The notes: generated by a model not told the origin, from the letters alone. A stretch of 64,000 bases of DNA from Patescibacteria group bacterium (GCA_041649715.1 JBAZMP010000002.1:68964-132963), one strand, 5' to 3'; counted from the first letter of the stretch, positions 39,798 to 49,768 are shown. Program-made: numbers and translations.

Positions 39798-41420
39798 ATG
39801 AAAACCAAGAGAATAATAATGGGTTTAAGCTTGAGCTTTATCCTAACAGGCTTGGTTTTTGTTACCGGCGGTAAAACAGCGGCCAATCCTCAAGTCTTAG
39901 GCGCCTTTGATCCGCCTTTCATTTGGCCTTCGGCACGGACGGCTATTCCTGTGTGGATGACCGCTGACCGTTATGGCACGGTTCCACCGATGGACAAAAC
40001 TTACATTTTGAATTTTTGGGCTGGCCATTATGACCTGTTGTTGGACGGACAGCCTTACGATGAGGTTAAGGCCATAAATCCTAATATCAGAAATTTGTCG
40101 CCTGGCTCCCTGAGTTATTTTACGATGTATACGCGGCCGGAATACAGCACGGGTGAGCATTACTGGGGCGGGATAGGAGAATTAAAAACCTGGGTGGAGG
40201 CCCACTGGCAGGAATATGCCTGGGCGAGTCAATTCACGGACGCGGCCGAAGCTTTTGAAGATTGTTTTATTCATGTCAATCAGGAAGTGACCGCCAGTTT
40301 TGTTAAAACAACGGAGGAATATATCATACCGGCCTATGATCCGGCCAATCCTAAACTTTCCCGTTTGCCAGGACCCTGGGACATAGACTATGACTGGATG
40401 ATGAATGTCGGTTCGCCCGTATACATTTCATTTTGGCAGGATTACTATATGCAGCAGCTTGGAGCGCAAGCCACCGAAGGAGTGTTTTTGGATTCGACAG
40501 GCTCGGGTTGGATCCATTTATGGGTTGGTCCGACAAAAACCGTGGAATATAACACTAATGATGACGATACTGCTAGCCGGCTGACATTTACCAATGATAT
40601 AAGAAGCTTAACCGCCTCGGTCCAGGCGGGTTTGCAGAGCTCTTATCCGGATAAAAAATTAGCGATTAATGATTATAATACTTTTGAAGCCAACGTCACG
40701 CCCAAAATGCTGGATTTTCAAAATCAAGCGGACATTCTTTGGCGGGAAAACGGCATTCATAATAACAGGACTTCCACTGATATGAAGAATGAAATTGAGG
40801 CGGACATCCGGGCCACTGAGGCCGGCAAGATCGTTGTTTTGGATCAAAGCGTCGAACTTTGTAGTTCTGTTATTTATTGTGGCAATAGCGATGTTTCATA
40901 CGAACCCTGGAATGATCCGGCTTGCATGGCCTGCGTTGATCAGGAACGACGGGCGGGGCTTGCTGCTTATTATCAGGTGATGAATGATAATATATATTTT
41001 TCCTCGGTCGTGGATTTATTTTTTGCTAAATTTCCATTTCATGAGGAAGACCCGGCGATTTATGCCTGGTACGACGCTATGGGTTATGATATCGGTCAGC
41101 CCGTCAGCGGTTTTAATAGTGATTGGGCTCATGGTCAGGATCCTTCCCAGCCCGGCCTGACTTATTATGTTTTTGCCCGGGAATATACAGACGCCTTAGT
41201 GTTATTCAAAGCCAAGCCGGCGGGATCGCCCACCCACGGCGTTTACGGGGCAAATTCTGAAACCATTCATCAGCTTGACGCCGCTTACCGGCCCTTGAAA
41301 CCTGACGGTACTCTTGGCGATCCGGTCACCAGTGTCACTTTACGCAACTGGGACGGGGCGATTTTAATCAAGCCGGATACAACCCCTCCGGCGGCCGTCA
41401 ACGATCTTAGCGGCGATTAA
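39798..41420 (+). CDS. Secreted putative glycoside hydrolase (TIM-barrel-like) with a C-terminal DTTPPAAVNDL tail
   Basis: Signal/TM helix; VKAINPNI, EGVFLDS, FAREYTDALVL, VTLRNWDGAIL. Confidence 0.65.
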   Translation: MKTKRIIMGLSLSFILTGLVFVTGGKTAANPQVLGAFDPPFIWPSARTAIPVWMTADRYGTVPPMDKTYILNFWAGHYDLLLDGQPYDEVKAINPNIRNLSPGSLSYFTMYTRPEYSTGEHYWGGIGELKTWVEAHWQEYAWASQFTDAAEAFEDCFIHVNQEVTASFVKTTEEYIIPAYDPANPKLSRLPGPWDIDYDWMMNVGSPVYISFWQDYYMQQLGAQATEGVFLDSTGSGWIHLWVGPTKTVEYNTNDDDTASRLTFTNDIRSLTASVQAGLQSSYPDKKLAINDYNTFEANVTPKMLDFQNQADILWRENGIHNNRTSTDMKNEIEADIRATEAGKIVVLDQSVELCSSVIYCGNSDVSYEPWNDPACMACVDQERRAGLAAYYQVMNDNIYFSSVVDLFFAKFPFHEEDPAIYAWYDAMGYDIGQPVSGFNSDWAHGQDPSQPGLTYYVFAREYTDALVLFKAKPAGSPTHGVYGANSETIHQLDAAYRPLKPDGTLGDPVTSVTLRNWDGAILIKPDTTPPAAVNDLSGD

Positions 41421-41437
41421 GTCTATTTATTATCGAA

Positions 41438-43480
41438 ATGCCGAAAATTAAGAATAGGAACAAGAAAAATAATCATAATAATATGAAAACGGCGGTTACC
41501 ATTAAAATAAAGACTCCAGTCGGTGTTCTTGTAGTGCCGCAAATATTTATCGGTGTCTGCTACGTGGTAGGCGTGATCGGTGTCGGAGCCATTCTAATAA
41601 TAGCGGCCATTGGCTTGGCCGTCCCGGGTGTCGCGATACCGTATAAAGTGAGCGCGACCGGCAGCTCAAATTCCGTCACTCTGACTTGGACGGCGCCAGG
41701 CGATGATAACGCGATCGGTTTAGCCGATCAATATGATATTCGCTACTCAACTTCCCCGATTACCGAGGAAAATTTTTCCGCCGCCACGGCCGTGGTCAAC
41801 CCCCCCGTGCCTCAGGCCGCCGGCGCCACGGAAACCTTTGAAGTAACGGGTCTGGAGCCGGACACTCTTTATTATTTTGCCTTAAAAACAGCCGATGAAG
41901 TTCCGAACTGGTCGTCTATTTCCAATATAGTGAGTAAAAAGACGGCCCCGGCCTACGTCTGTACGCCTTCATGGTCCTGCACCGGCTGGTCGGTCTGCCG
42001 AAACAGTCTCTCCACCCGTCAATGCATAGACTTGAATAATTGCGGGACGGACAGCGGCAAACCGATCACCCAAAGATCTTGCACGATGCCGGTCCCCACT
42101 TGCACCGAAAGCTGGTCTTGCGGCAGCTGGAGTGTTTGTTATAACAGTTCGCAGTCCCGGACCTGCACTGACGCGAATAGTTGCGGGACGGTAATATATA
42201 AACCCGTTACTCAAAGATCTTGCATCATGCCGGTTCCCGCCTGCACCGAAAGCTGGTCCTGCGCTGATTGGGGCGATTGTCAAAATAGTATACAGTCCCG
42301 GACCTGCACTGACGCGAACAGTTGCGGGACGGAAACAACTAAGCCCGATACCCAAAGATCCTGCACGATGCCAGTTTCTGCCTGTACCGAAGATTGGTCC
42401 TGCACCGATTGGGCCGATTGTTCCCGGGGTTTCCAGCGCCGGGTTTGTCTCGATCAAAATGATTGCGGTACGACTGACGATAAGCCCGAAGAAGTCATTT
42501 CTTGCGCCGTCGGGGGGCAGGAACCCTTAAGTCCTCAAGAAAAATACCTGGTGGTTAGTCCGACTTTGCGTAGCGGGCCACACGTCAGGCTTTATCGCCG
42601 TAATTTTCAACTAAAGAGCCAATTTTTCGCCTATGATCTGAATTTTAGAAACGGCGTGAACGCGGCCTTGGGCGACGTGGACGGGGACGGATCAGTAGAA
42701 ATATTGACGGGCACCGGTCCGGGGAGCGCGCCTCACGTCAGAATTTTTGACACCAATGGACAGGTTAAATATCAATTCTTCGCTTATCCCGAACATTTTC
42801 GTATCGGCGTCGTTCTGACCACGGGCGATATCGACGGTTGCGGCCGGGATGAGATTATCGTTGCGCCTCAGGCCAGGGGCGGCGCGCAGATTAGAATTTT
42901 TAAATTCCAGCCGGAAAACAAGAGTTTCACCGTTTACAACCAGTATTTTGTCTATCCCCTGAATTTTCGTTTAGGCCTGAATCTTGCTTCGACCGATTTG
43001 AACTTGGACGGCCGGGCGGAAATCATTGTTGCCCCGATTTCATACGGCGGCCCCCATGTCCGGGTCTTTAATATCGATCCCGTCACAGGCGATCTGAAAC
43101 TCTACAGTCAGTTTTTCGCCTATGATTATTATTTCCGCGGCGGCGTCAATCTGACGACCGGGGATGTCGATAACGACGGCCGCGAAGAAATTATCACCGG
43201 TCCCGGCACCACCGGCGCTTCGCACATCAGGATCTTTGACGATTGGGGCCGGATTAAATACCAATTTTTCGCCGCGAACATCATTTTCCGCGGCGGGGCA
43301 GAGGTGGCCAGTTTTGATTATGATTTGGACGGAGCGGACGAAGTGATCACGGCCACTTATTCCGCCGGCCCGCCCGGAGTATTCGTCTTCGATAAAAAAG
43401 GGAACGAATTTATCAGAACGATTAATTTTTCCGCCTACAGTGAGTTATACCGCGAGGGTATCCGCATCGACGCATACTAA
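41438..43480 (+). CDS. Surface protein: FN3-like domain, four Cys-rich repeats, FG-GAP/VCBS-like propeller
   Basis: SVTLTWTAPGDD...GLEPDTLYYFALKT; CTESWSC repeats; GDVDGDG..EI repeats. Confidence 0.85.
   Translation: MPKIKNRNKKNNHNNMKTAVTIKIKTPVGVLVVPQIFIGVCYVVGVIGVGAILIIAAIGLAVPGVAIPYKVSATGSSNSVTLTWTAPGDDNAIGLADQYDIRYSTSPITEENFSAATAVVNPPVPQAAGATETFEVTGLEPDTLYYFALKTADEVPNWSSISNIVSKKTAPAYVCTPSWSCTGWSVCRNSLSTRQCIDLNNCGTDSGKPITQRSCTMPVPTCTESWSCGSWSVCYNSSQSRTCTDANSCGTVIYKPVTQRSCIMPVPACTESWSCADWGDCQNSIQSRTCTDANSCGTETTKPDTQRSCTMPVSACTEDWSCTDWADCSRGFQRRVCLDQNDCGTTDDKPEEVISCAVGGQEPLSPQEKYLVVSPTLRSGPHVRLYRRNFQLKSQFFAYDLNFRNGVNAALGDVDGDGSVEILTGTGPGSAPHVRIFDTNGQVKYQFFAYPEHFRIGVVLTTGDIDGCGRDEIIVAPQARGGAQIRIFKFQPENKSFTVYNQYFVYPLNFRLGLNLASTDLNLDGRAEIIVAPISYGGPHVRVFNIDPVTGDLKLYSQFFAYDYYFRGGVNLTTGDVDNDGREEIITGPGTTGASHIRIFDDWGRIKYQFFAANIIFRGGAEVASFDYDLDGADEVITATYSAGPPGVFVFDKKGNEFIRTINFSAYSELYREGIRIDAY
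41960..42505 (+). repeat. Four 141-bp (47-aa) intragenic tandem repeats
   Basis: Units start at 41960, 42101, 42242 and 42383. Confidence 0.9.
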
Positions 43481-43524
43481 ATGACGGCTGGACGTTTACT
43501 AAGTATTGGTGATATTATTTAGGC

Positions 43525-44106
43525 ATGATTTCTTATCTCCGCGGCAAAGTAAAAATCAAAAGCGATAAATATGTTATTCTGGACGTGGCCGGCGTCGGCT
43601 ACCAGATTTTTGTCAGTCCCGCCGCCCTGAAAGAATTGGGGGACAAGGAAGAAATTGAGCTTTATACTCATCTTTATTTGCGTGAAGACGGCCAGGAACT
43701 TTACGGATTTTTGAATCTGGAAGAAAAGGAGTTTTTTGAACTGCTATTAAGCGTTTCCGGTGTGGGCCCCAAAGGCGCTTTGGGGGTTTTGGCCATCGCC
43801 TCGCTTTCGGCGGTGAAAAAAGCGATTATCCACGGCGACCCGGCCGTGCTGATCAAGGTTTCGGGCATCGGCAAAAAAACCGCCGAGCGCATCATCGTGG
43901 ACCTGAAAAATAAAATAGACATCCTGCCGGGCGAAGACCAGACCATCTATCCTTCCGAAGTGGGCGACTCGGCCGCCATCGACGCCCTGGTCGGTTTGGG
44001 CTATTCGGCCAGTGAAGCCAGGGATGCTTTAAAAGAAGTGGACAAGGAAATTCCTGAGGTGGAGGAAAGGGTGAGACAGGCATTGAAGTTATTGGGAAAA
44101 AAGTAG
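43525..44106 (+). CDS. ruvA: Holliday junction branch migration protein RuvA
   Basis: MISYLRG, GVGY, LYGF, VSGVGPK, GIGKKTAERI, ALVGLGY. Confidence 0.97.
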   Translation: MISYLRGKVKIKSDKYVILDVAGVGYQIFVSPAALKELGDKEEIELYTHLYLREDGQELYGFLNLEEKEFFELLLSVSGVGPKGALGVLAIASLSAVKKAIIHGDPAVLIKVSGIGKKTAERIIVDLKNKIDILPGEDQTIYPSEVGDSAAIDALVGLGYSASEARDALKEVDKEIPEVEERVRQALKLLGKK

Positions 44107-44111
44107 GTCAG

Positions 44112-44167
44112 ATGTCGAGAGATTAAGATATTAAGATATTGAGCGATTAAGCGACTAAGATATTAAG
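44112..44167. repeat. Octamer tandem tract
   Basis: GAGAGATT AAGATATT AAGATATT GAGCGATT AAGCGACT AAGATATT. Confidence 0.75.
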
Positions 44168-44189
44168 TTCTCATTTTAATATAAAAACC

Positions 44190-45314
44190 ATGAAAAACCA
44201 AAAAGGCGTTATCAATCTCGCCTTGCCCATCGTTATCGCCGTGGTCTTGCTGGGCATTATCGCTTTTGGCTATTTTTGGTATCTGCCGAAGGTAAATGAA
44301 AATAATAATGCGAACACAAACCAAGTGGCGGTTAACACCAATGTAAGCCAAAACCAAAACGCCAATTCAAACCAGAATACCAATGCAACGGTTGTCGTGA
44401 ATGGAAATGCGAATACTAATTCTAATACGAATACGGCGGTTGATACGACTGGGTGGAAGACGTACGCAAATACAACTTACAGTTACGTCGTAAAATATCC
44501 CACCAGTTGGGAATTAGGGGATAGTAATCCAGCAAATGTTTTTTTTAAGAATGGCACGTATGGCAGTGCTTATGAAGGTGGTGATACGGGTATAAGAATA
44601 AAATTTTATAACTCGCCCGACGACATGGCTACATTAAAAGGACCAGTGGATGGCACACATTATAGTTCTTTGGCGCAATGGATTCAGGCAAATAAGAATT
44701 ATGTACCCGAATTAGCCGTCGTTAGCTCTAGCTTTTTAGGATTAACCGGGCACGAAGCGGCATGGCCGGCGATGGCAGGGGAATATAGATTTTTTCTAGA
44801 AAGGAACAGTAAAATAATGGTTATAAGTTTGATATATCTAAATTCACCAGCAAGAAATATAAATAGCATTGGTCGGCCAGAATTTACCGCCGAAGAACAA
44901 GCATTCTTTGATTCTTTTCAATTCACCGACGAAACCGCGGGGTGGAAGACGTATACGAACGAAGATTATTATTTTACTATCAAATATCCAGAAAAAAGTA
45001 ATTTAGAATCTGATGGTGGTTGGGATATTATTATAACGCCTGGTATTGACAACTGCTCTTTTAGATTTGATGGACGGGGTTTAGGTCGCGGTTTGGAATC
45101 TTATATCGGTTTAGAGGATGAAGGTGTTGAAATTGACGGCAAAAATTATGAGAAAAAACGTTTCGCTTTTCCTAGCAGAAGAATCGGAGTTGAAGTGATA
45201 TTATTGGAAAATAATATATCACATATTGAACTTGATTATCCTGATAATGAAGAAAATTCGGAATGCAGCGGTTTATTAAGCGATATGCTTTCCACCTTCC
45301 AATTCGCCGATTAA
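44190..45314 (+). CDS. Pilin-like leader, Asn-rich stalk and two PsbP-like domains (paralog A)
   Basis: MKNQKG followed by a hydrophobic helix; GWKTY.N..Y...KYP..W; ends STFQFAD. Confidence 0.8.
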   Translation: MKNQKGVINLALPIVIAVVLLGIIAFGYFWYLPKVNENNNANTNQVAVNTNVSQNQNANSNQNTNATVVVNGNANTNSNTNTAVDTTGWKTYANTTYSYVVKYPTSWELGDSNPANVFFKNGTYGSAYEGGDTGIRIKFYNSPDDMATLKGPVDGTHYSSLAQWIQANKNYVPELAVVSSSFLGLTGHEAAWPAMAGEYRFFLERNSKIMVISLIYLNSPARNINSIGRPEFTAEEQAFFDSFQFTDETAGWKTYTNEDYYFTIKYPEKSNLESDGGWDIIITPGIDNCSFRFDGRGLGRGLESYIGLEDEGVEIDGKNYEKKRFAFPSRRIGVEVILLENNISHIELDYPDNEENSECSGLLSDMLSTFQFAD

Positions 45315-45361
45315 TTAATAAAACCAAAATAAAGCTAAAAATTTTTAATCTAAAAAATCCT

Positions 45362-46477
45362 ATGAAAAACCAAAAAGGCGTTATCAATCTCGCCTTGCCC
45401 ATCGTTATCGCCGTGGTCTTGCTGGGCATTATCGCTTTCGGCTATTTTTGGTATCTGCCGAAGGTAAATGAAAACAAAAACGCGAACACAAACCAGGTGG
45501 TAGTAAATACAAATGTCAATCAAAACGCCAATTCAAACCAGAATACCAATGGCACGGTTATCGTAAACGGGAATGAGAATGTTAATTCTAGTGCCAATAC
45601 GAATACTAATACGGTTGTAAATTCAAATACGAATACAGCGGGATATGAGACATATACTAATAACACACTTAAATTTTCTATTAAGCATCCAGCTGGCTGG
45701 ACTATAGATGATGCAAGCACGCCGAACAAAGTATGGTTTAATCCTGTTGGTACAGAACAATTGGACAGCATTGAAGTTGAAACGAGAAGCTTGACTGATT
45801 GGTTAGCTAGTTTTGATTCAGATATAGTTGAACAACGGACAATAACTGTTGATGGGTATACCGGTACTCAAGTCGATCTCACCGCTTTTTTCTTGCAAGA
45901 AACAGCAATCCCTAAAGATGGGCAATTATATATTATTCGATCCAATAGATATATTAAGGATCTTAATTTATTATCCACTTTCCAATTCACCGACGAAACC
46001 GCGGGGTGGAAGACGTATATTTCAACTTTAGCAAACTTCACCATCGATTATAACCCTGATTGGATGACCACGGGATTTGAGGGTTTGCAATCGACGTTTG
46101 GACCGAATTCTGATGTACTTTATTTTCACTCGCAGCCGTCGAATGGTGATTATATCTGCGTGGATATTAGAATTGGTTCAACCGTGAGCAACTTCTCTCT
46201 CACGGGCGGCGAAGTTATTGCTACGCTCCCGAACGGATTGAAGATTTATCAGCAGCAAAAGATGTATCAAGATAAAAGTTATCCGATGCTGACGCTGACA
46301 AGAAGTGATACTAGCGTCATTACTGCACCAAATGGGCAACTACTTTGGGTAATGGCCATGTTTAATTGTGTTCAGGGTGATATTGGCAACACCAGCCTGA
46401 ATTACCAACAACAATTGAGTGATGAGCGTTTTTTACAGGCAATTGAGATGCTTAAAACCTTTGCCTTTTCTTCATAG
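45362..46477 (+). CDS. Pilin-like leader, Asn-rich stalk and two PsbP-like domains (paralog B)
   Basis: N-terminus near-identical to 44190; STFQFTDETAGWKTY linker. Confidence 0.8.
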   Translation: MKNQKGVINLALPIVIAVVLLGIIAFGYFWYLPKVNENKNANTNQVVVNTNVNQNANSNQNTNGTVIVNGNENVNSSANTNTNTVVNSNTNTAGYETYTNNTLKFSIKHPAGWTIDDASTPNKVWFNPVGTEQLDSIEVETRSLTDWLASFDSDIVEQRTITVDGYTGTQVDLTAFFLQETAIPKDGQLYIIRSNRYIKDLNLLSTFQFTDETAGWKTYISTLANFTIDYNPDWMTTGFEGLQSTFGPNSDVLYFHSQPSNGDYICVDIRIGSTVSNFSLTGGEVIATLPNGLKIYQQQKMYQDKSYPMLTLTRSDTSVITAPNGQLLWVMAMFNCVQGDIGNTSLNYQQQLSDERFLQAIEMLKTFAFSS

Positions 46478-46629
46478 ATTTGGGTCTTGGTCAAAAAAAT
46501 TCCTCATTACGATATTCGAAAATAAAAAAACCAAAATAAAGCCGAGAGGGGAAGCTGACGAAGCTTCCCTTTCTTGTTGTAGGTGGTAGATGAGGGCATG
46601 GCTGCATTGAAGGGGCCAGTTTATTTTTT

Positions 46630-46763
46630 GGAAATCCTAATTTCTAATGTCTAATTTCTAAACAAATTCCAAATTCAAAATCCCAAATTCTAAACCGTTT
46701 TTGGTAATTGGAAAATTGGGGCTTCGAATTTGTTTAGAATTTCGTATTTCGGATTTCGAATTT
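46630..46763. repeat. Heptamer-palindrome MITE-like element (~135 bp)
   Basis: AAATCCT AATTTCT AATGTCT AATTTCT AAAC...GTTT AGAATTT CGTATTT CGGATTT CGAATTT. Confidence 0.75.
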
Positions 46764-46812
46764 ATCGCTAAGCTTGAATTTTATGGCATTTTATTGGATA
46801 ATATAATAACAT

Positions 46813-47814
46813 ATGGAAGTCCAAGAAATTAATGATAAAGAAAAATGGGATGGTTTTTTAGCAAAACAAGCCAAGAGCCAATTTTTGCAGTCCTGGCTTT
46901 GGGGGGAATTCAAGAGGGGCCTGGGAGTAGATATTTGGCGATTTGGGATCCTAAAAAATGATGAATTAGTTGGCGCCTGCCTGGTTTTAAAAAGTCCCTT
47001 GCCTTTGCATAATAATTATTTATACGCGCCCCGAGGCCCGGTTTTCAGTTTTAACTTAAATTCCGAAGAAATAAGCGCGGGTTATGGATTATTAACGGAA
47101 AAAATCAAGGAAACCGCCAAGAAAGAAGATCCTATCTTTTTGAAAATTGAGCCGACTATTGAAAAACCCTTCAGTTTGAACCTGGAAAAGATCGGTTATC
47201 GTTCGGCCAAGACCATCCAGCCGCCGGACACGGTAATTTTGGATTTGACCAAAAGCGAAGAGCAGCTTTTAGCCGAGATGCATCCGAAAACCCGCTACAA
47301 TATCCATTTGGCCGAGCGCAAGGGCGTAAAAGTAATTTTTTCCCGGGATAAAAAAGACATCGAGGTTTTCTACAAGCTTTGCCAGGAAGTGAATGAAAGA
47401 GAGAAAATCAATTCTTTTTCCCAAAAGTATTATGAAAAAATGTTTGAAGTTTTAGGCCCGAGCCTGAAGATCATTAAGGCGGAATTTGAAGGCAAGGTCC
47501 TGGCCATTAATTTGAATATTGATTTTGGCGATATGGAAACTTATAATCACGGCGCTTCAAGTTCTGCGTGCCGTAACGTGATGGCGCCGCATTTGCTACA
47601 ATGGGAGTCAATCAGGCAAGCAAAAAAAGAGGGTTATAAATATTATGATTTCCGCGGCATCGCGCCCAGTGACGACCCGAACCACAAATGGGCGGGAATC
47701 ACCCGCTTTAAAAAAAGTTTTTCCGCCAATACCGCCCATTATCTGGGAGCTTATGACTATGTTTTTAAATCATTGCTTTATCAATTCTATTTATTGGGAA
47801 AGAAAGTCAAGTGA
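46813..47814 (+). CDS. FemABX family peptidoglycan bridge peptidyltransferase
   Basis: FLQSWLWGEFK, YAPRGP, KTRYNIHLAERKGV, HLLQW, GITRFKKSF. Confidence 0.92.
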   Translation: MEVQEINDKEKWDGFLAKQAKSQFLQSWLWGEFKRGLGVDIWRFGILKNDELVGACLVLKSPLPLHNNYLYAPRGPVFSFNLNSEEISAGYGLLTEKIKETAKKEDPIFLKIEPTIEKPFSLNLEKIGYRSAKTIQPPDTVILDLTKSEEQLLAEMHPKTRYNIHLAERKGVKVIFSRDKKDIEVFYKLCQEVNEREKINSFSQKYYEKMFEVLGPSLKIIKAEFEGKVLAINLNIDFGDMETYNHGASSSACRNVMAPHLLQWESIRQAKKEGYKYYDFRGIAPSDDPNHKWAGITRFKKSFSANTAHYLGAYDYVFKSLLYQFYLLGKKVK

Positions 47815-48752
47815 TCAATAATAATAATACGGCGATTCAGAATCAGCCCAGAACGCGATACGTCCTTTTGGATCTAATCCGCGCCTTGGCGGTTTTAGGC
47901 GTGATCCTCTGGCATCTTAGCGCGGATTACGGCGTTTTTATGAACGGTTATCTAAGTATCGGCGGCATTTATTACATAAGTTTGGGCAGCTTGTCGGTCT
48001 CCGTTTTTATTATTTTATCCGGTCTGGTCCTAAGCCTAGAATACAGGAACATTGAAATAAAATTCCGTCATTTCATCGCGAAGAGACTGCTTAGGATTTA
48101 CTCGGTTTATGTCTGCATTTTTTTATTTACGCTTGTCTTGTTTTTAACACTGGATTCAGGCTATAAAATTTCATTTTTAGAATTTTTCGGCACGTTTTCC
48201 GGTTTTGGGGCTTTTTTTGGCCTCTGGCGGGGAGGTAACCCCTATTATTTCTATCATCTGTTAAATCCCAGCTGGTTTATCGGTATGATCATATCTCTGT
48301 ATCTGTTTTTTCCGTTATTGAGAAAATTTATCCAGTCATACCGTATCGGAGCCGTTATCAGTCTGCTGATCGTCAGCATAATTTTCCGCACCTTGCTCTT
48401 TGGCAATTTCATGGCCTTTATGACCGCTCCAGAATGGTTCCCTCTTGGCCGGGTATTTGAGTTCGGCCTGGGCATATACTTGGGTCTGGTTATTAAGCCG
48501 GATATCTGGAAAATATTGAATACGGGTCTTAAAAAAGAGAAGGCGCTGAAATTCCTCGGAGAGATTTCTTTTCCGCTTTTTTTAGTCCATTATCCGCTGC
48601 AGTGGATATATCTGGAGTTGCTGCTGAAAATCGGGGTCAAACCCTTCTTAGCCGTCATTTTGTATCTTGCCGCTTCCGTCTGGCTAAGCTGGTTTTTCCT
48701 CTATCTTTCAAAGATCATCTTGGCGAAGGTGAAATATTACTCTAGAATATAA
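47811..48752 (+). CDS. Acyltransferase family 3 membrane protein
   Basis: LDLIRALAV...H, VFIILSG, KRLLRIY, GEISFPLFLVH. Confidence 0.88.
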   Translation: MINNNNTAIQNQPRTRYVLLDLIRALAVLGVILWHLSADYGVFMNGYLSIGGIYYISLGSLSVSVFIILSGLVLSLEYRNIEIKFRHFIAKRLLRIYSVYVCIFLFTLVLFLTLDSGYKISFLEFFGTFSGFGAFFGLWRGGNPYYFYHLLNPSWFIGMIISLYLFFPLLRKFIQSYRIGAVISLLIVSIIFRTLLFGNFMAFMTAPEWFPLGRVFEFGLGIYLGLVIKPDIWKILNTGLKKEKALKFLGEISFPLFLVHYPLQWIYLELLLKIGVKPFLAVILYLAASVWLSWFFLYLSKIILAKVKYYSRI

Positions 48753-48754
48753 GT

Positions 48755-49471
48755 ATGATCAAAAAAGTCGTCATTTCCGCGGCCGGCCGCGGCACAAGAA
48801 TGAAAGAGTTAACGGCTGACAGGCCCAAGCATCTTTTAGAGATCGCCGGCCATCCCTTTCTTTATTATCTTTTGGACCGTCTTTCTAAGGCCGGTTTTTC
48901 CGAAATGATCCTGGTGGTCGGCTATAAAAAAGAAGCCTTTAACGAGTTCATAAGTAAATATCCTTTTAAGCTGGCCGTCATCGATCAGCATGAGATTTGC
49001 GGCGAAGATTACGGGACAGCCATACCGATTAAAGCCGCCCAGAAATTAGTAGGTACCGATGATTTTGTGGCGGTGGCCGGCGACAATCTTTATTCCGTGC
49101 GGGACCTGAAAAAGGTCTTGATCGATGATAAGCTGAATTACATCAGCGGTTTATCGGTCACCAATCCTTCCGGCTTTGGTTATCTGGAAACGGATAATTT
49201 CGGCTATTTACGAAATATTGTCGAGAAACCGAAAGTGTATCCGCCGGGCCCCTGCTTTATTAACTGCAGCTTATACAAGTTCACGCCGGAAATTTTTGAA
49301 TCAATCGGCCGCATTGGTTTATCGGTCAGAGGCGAATACGAAATCACCGACGCCATCAAGCGTCTGGCCCGAGAAAAGAAAGTAAAAATGGTCACCCTGG
49401 AAGATTTTTGGCTGGATTTTGGCCGGCCGGAGGATATTGAGAAACTGGCCAAGCATTTGTCCGGTGAGTAG
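48755..49471 (+). CDS. Sugar-phosphate nucleotidyltransferase
   Basis: AAGRGTRM, PKHLL, IVEKP, RGEYEITDA, WLDFG. Confidence 0.9.
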   Translation: MIKKVVISAAGRGTRMKELTADRPKHLLEIAGHPFLYYLLDRLSKAGFSEMILVVGYKKEAFNEFISKYPFKLAVIDQHEICGEDYGTAIPIKAAQKLVGTDDFVAVAGDNLYSVRDLKKVLIDDKLNYISGLSVTNPSGFGYLETDNFGYLRNIVEKPKVYPPGPCFINCSLYKFTPEIFESIGRIGLSVRGEYEITDAIKRLAREKKVKMVTLEDFWLDFGRPEDIEKLAKHLSGE

Positions 49472-49589
49472 TCGGTTTCGTTCTTCGGCGGCGTATTTGA
49501 TTACGTTTATCGTCAATCGTCTACCGAATTATCTTATGAAACACGAATCACGAATGACGTAACGAAGGATGCAACCGAACAACAAATAA

Positions 49590-49647
49590 AAAATACTTGT
49601 CCCCTTAGTTTCCCCCTTCGGGGGATCACCCGTAGGGTGACAATGGA
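49590..49647 (+). pseudogene. Duplicated 5' fragment of tRNA-Arg interrupted by 30-bp twin-hairpin insertion copy 3 (about 49610-49639)
   Basis: AAATACTTGTCCCCTTAGTT[TCCCCCTTCGGGGGA-TCACCCGTAGGGTGA]CAATGGA vs the intact AAATACTTGTCCCCTTAGTTCAATGGA. Confidence 0.8.
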
Positions 49648-49661
49648 CAATTTAAATACTT

Positions 49662-49733
49662 GTCCCCTTAGTTCAATGGATAGAATGCAAGCTTCCGGAG
49701 CTTGAGATAGAGGTTCGATTCCTCTAGGGGGCA
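49662..49733 (+). tRNA. tRNA-Arg(CCG)
   Basis: GTCCCCT/AGGGGGC acceptor, CAAGC-TT-CCG-GA-GCTTG anticodon arm, GGTTCGATTCC. Confidence 0.93.
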
Positions 49734-49768
49734 ATATAATAATTATGCTTTATAATTAATAAAATAAT

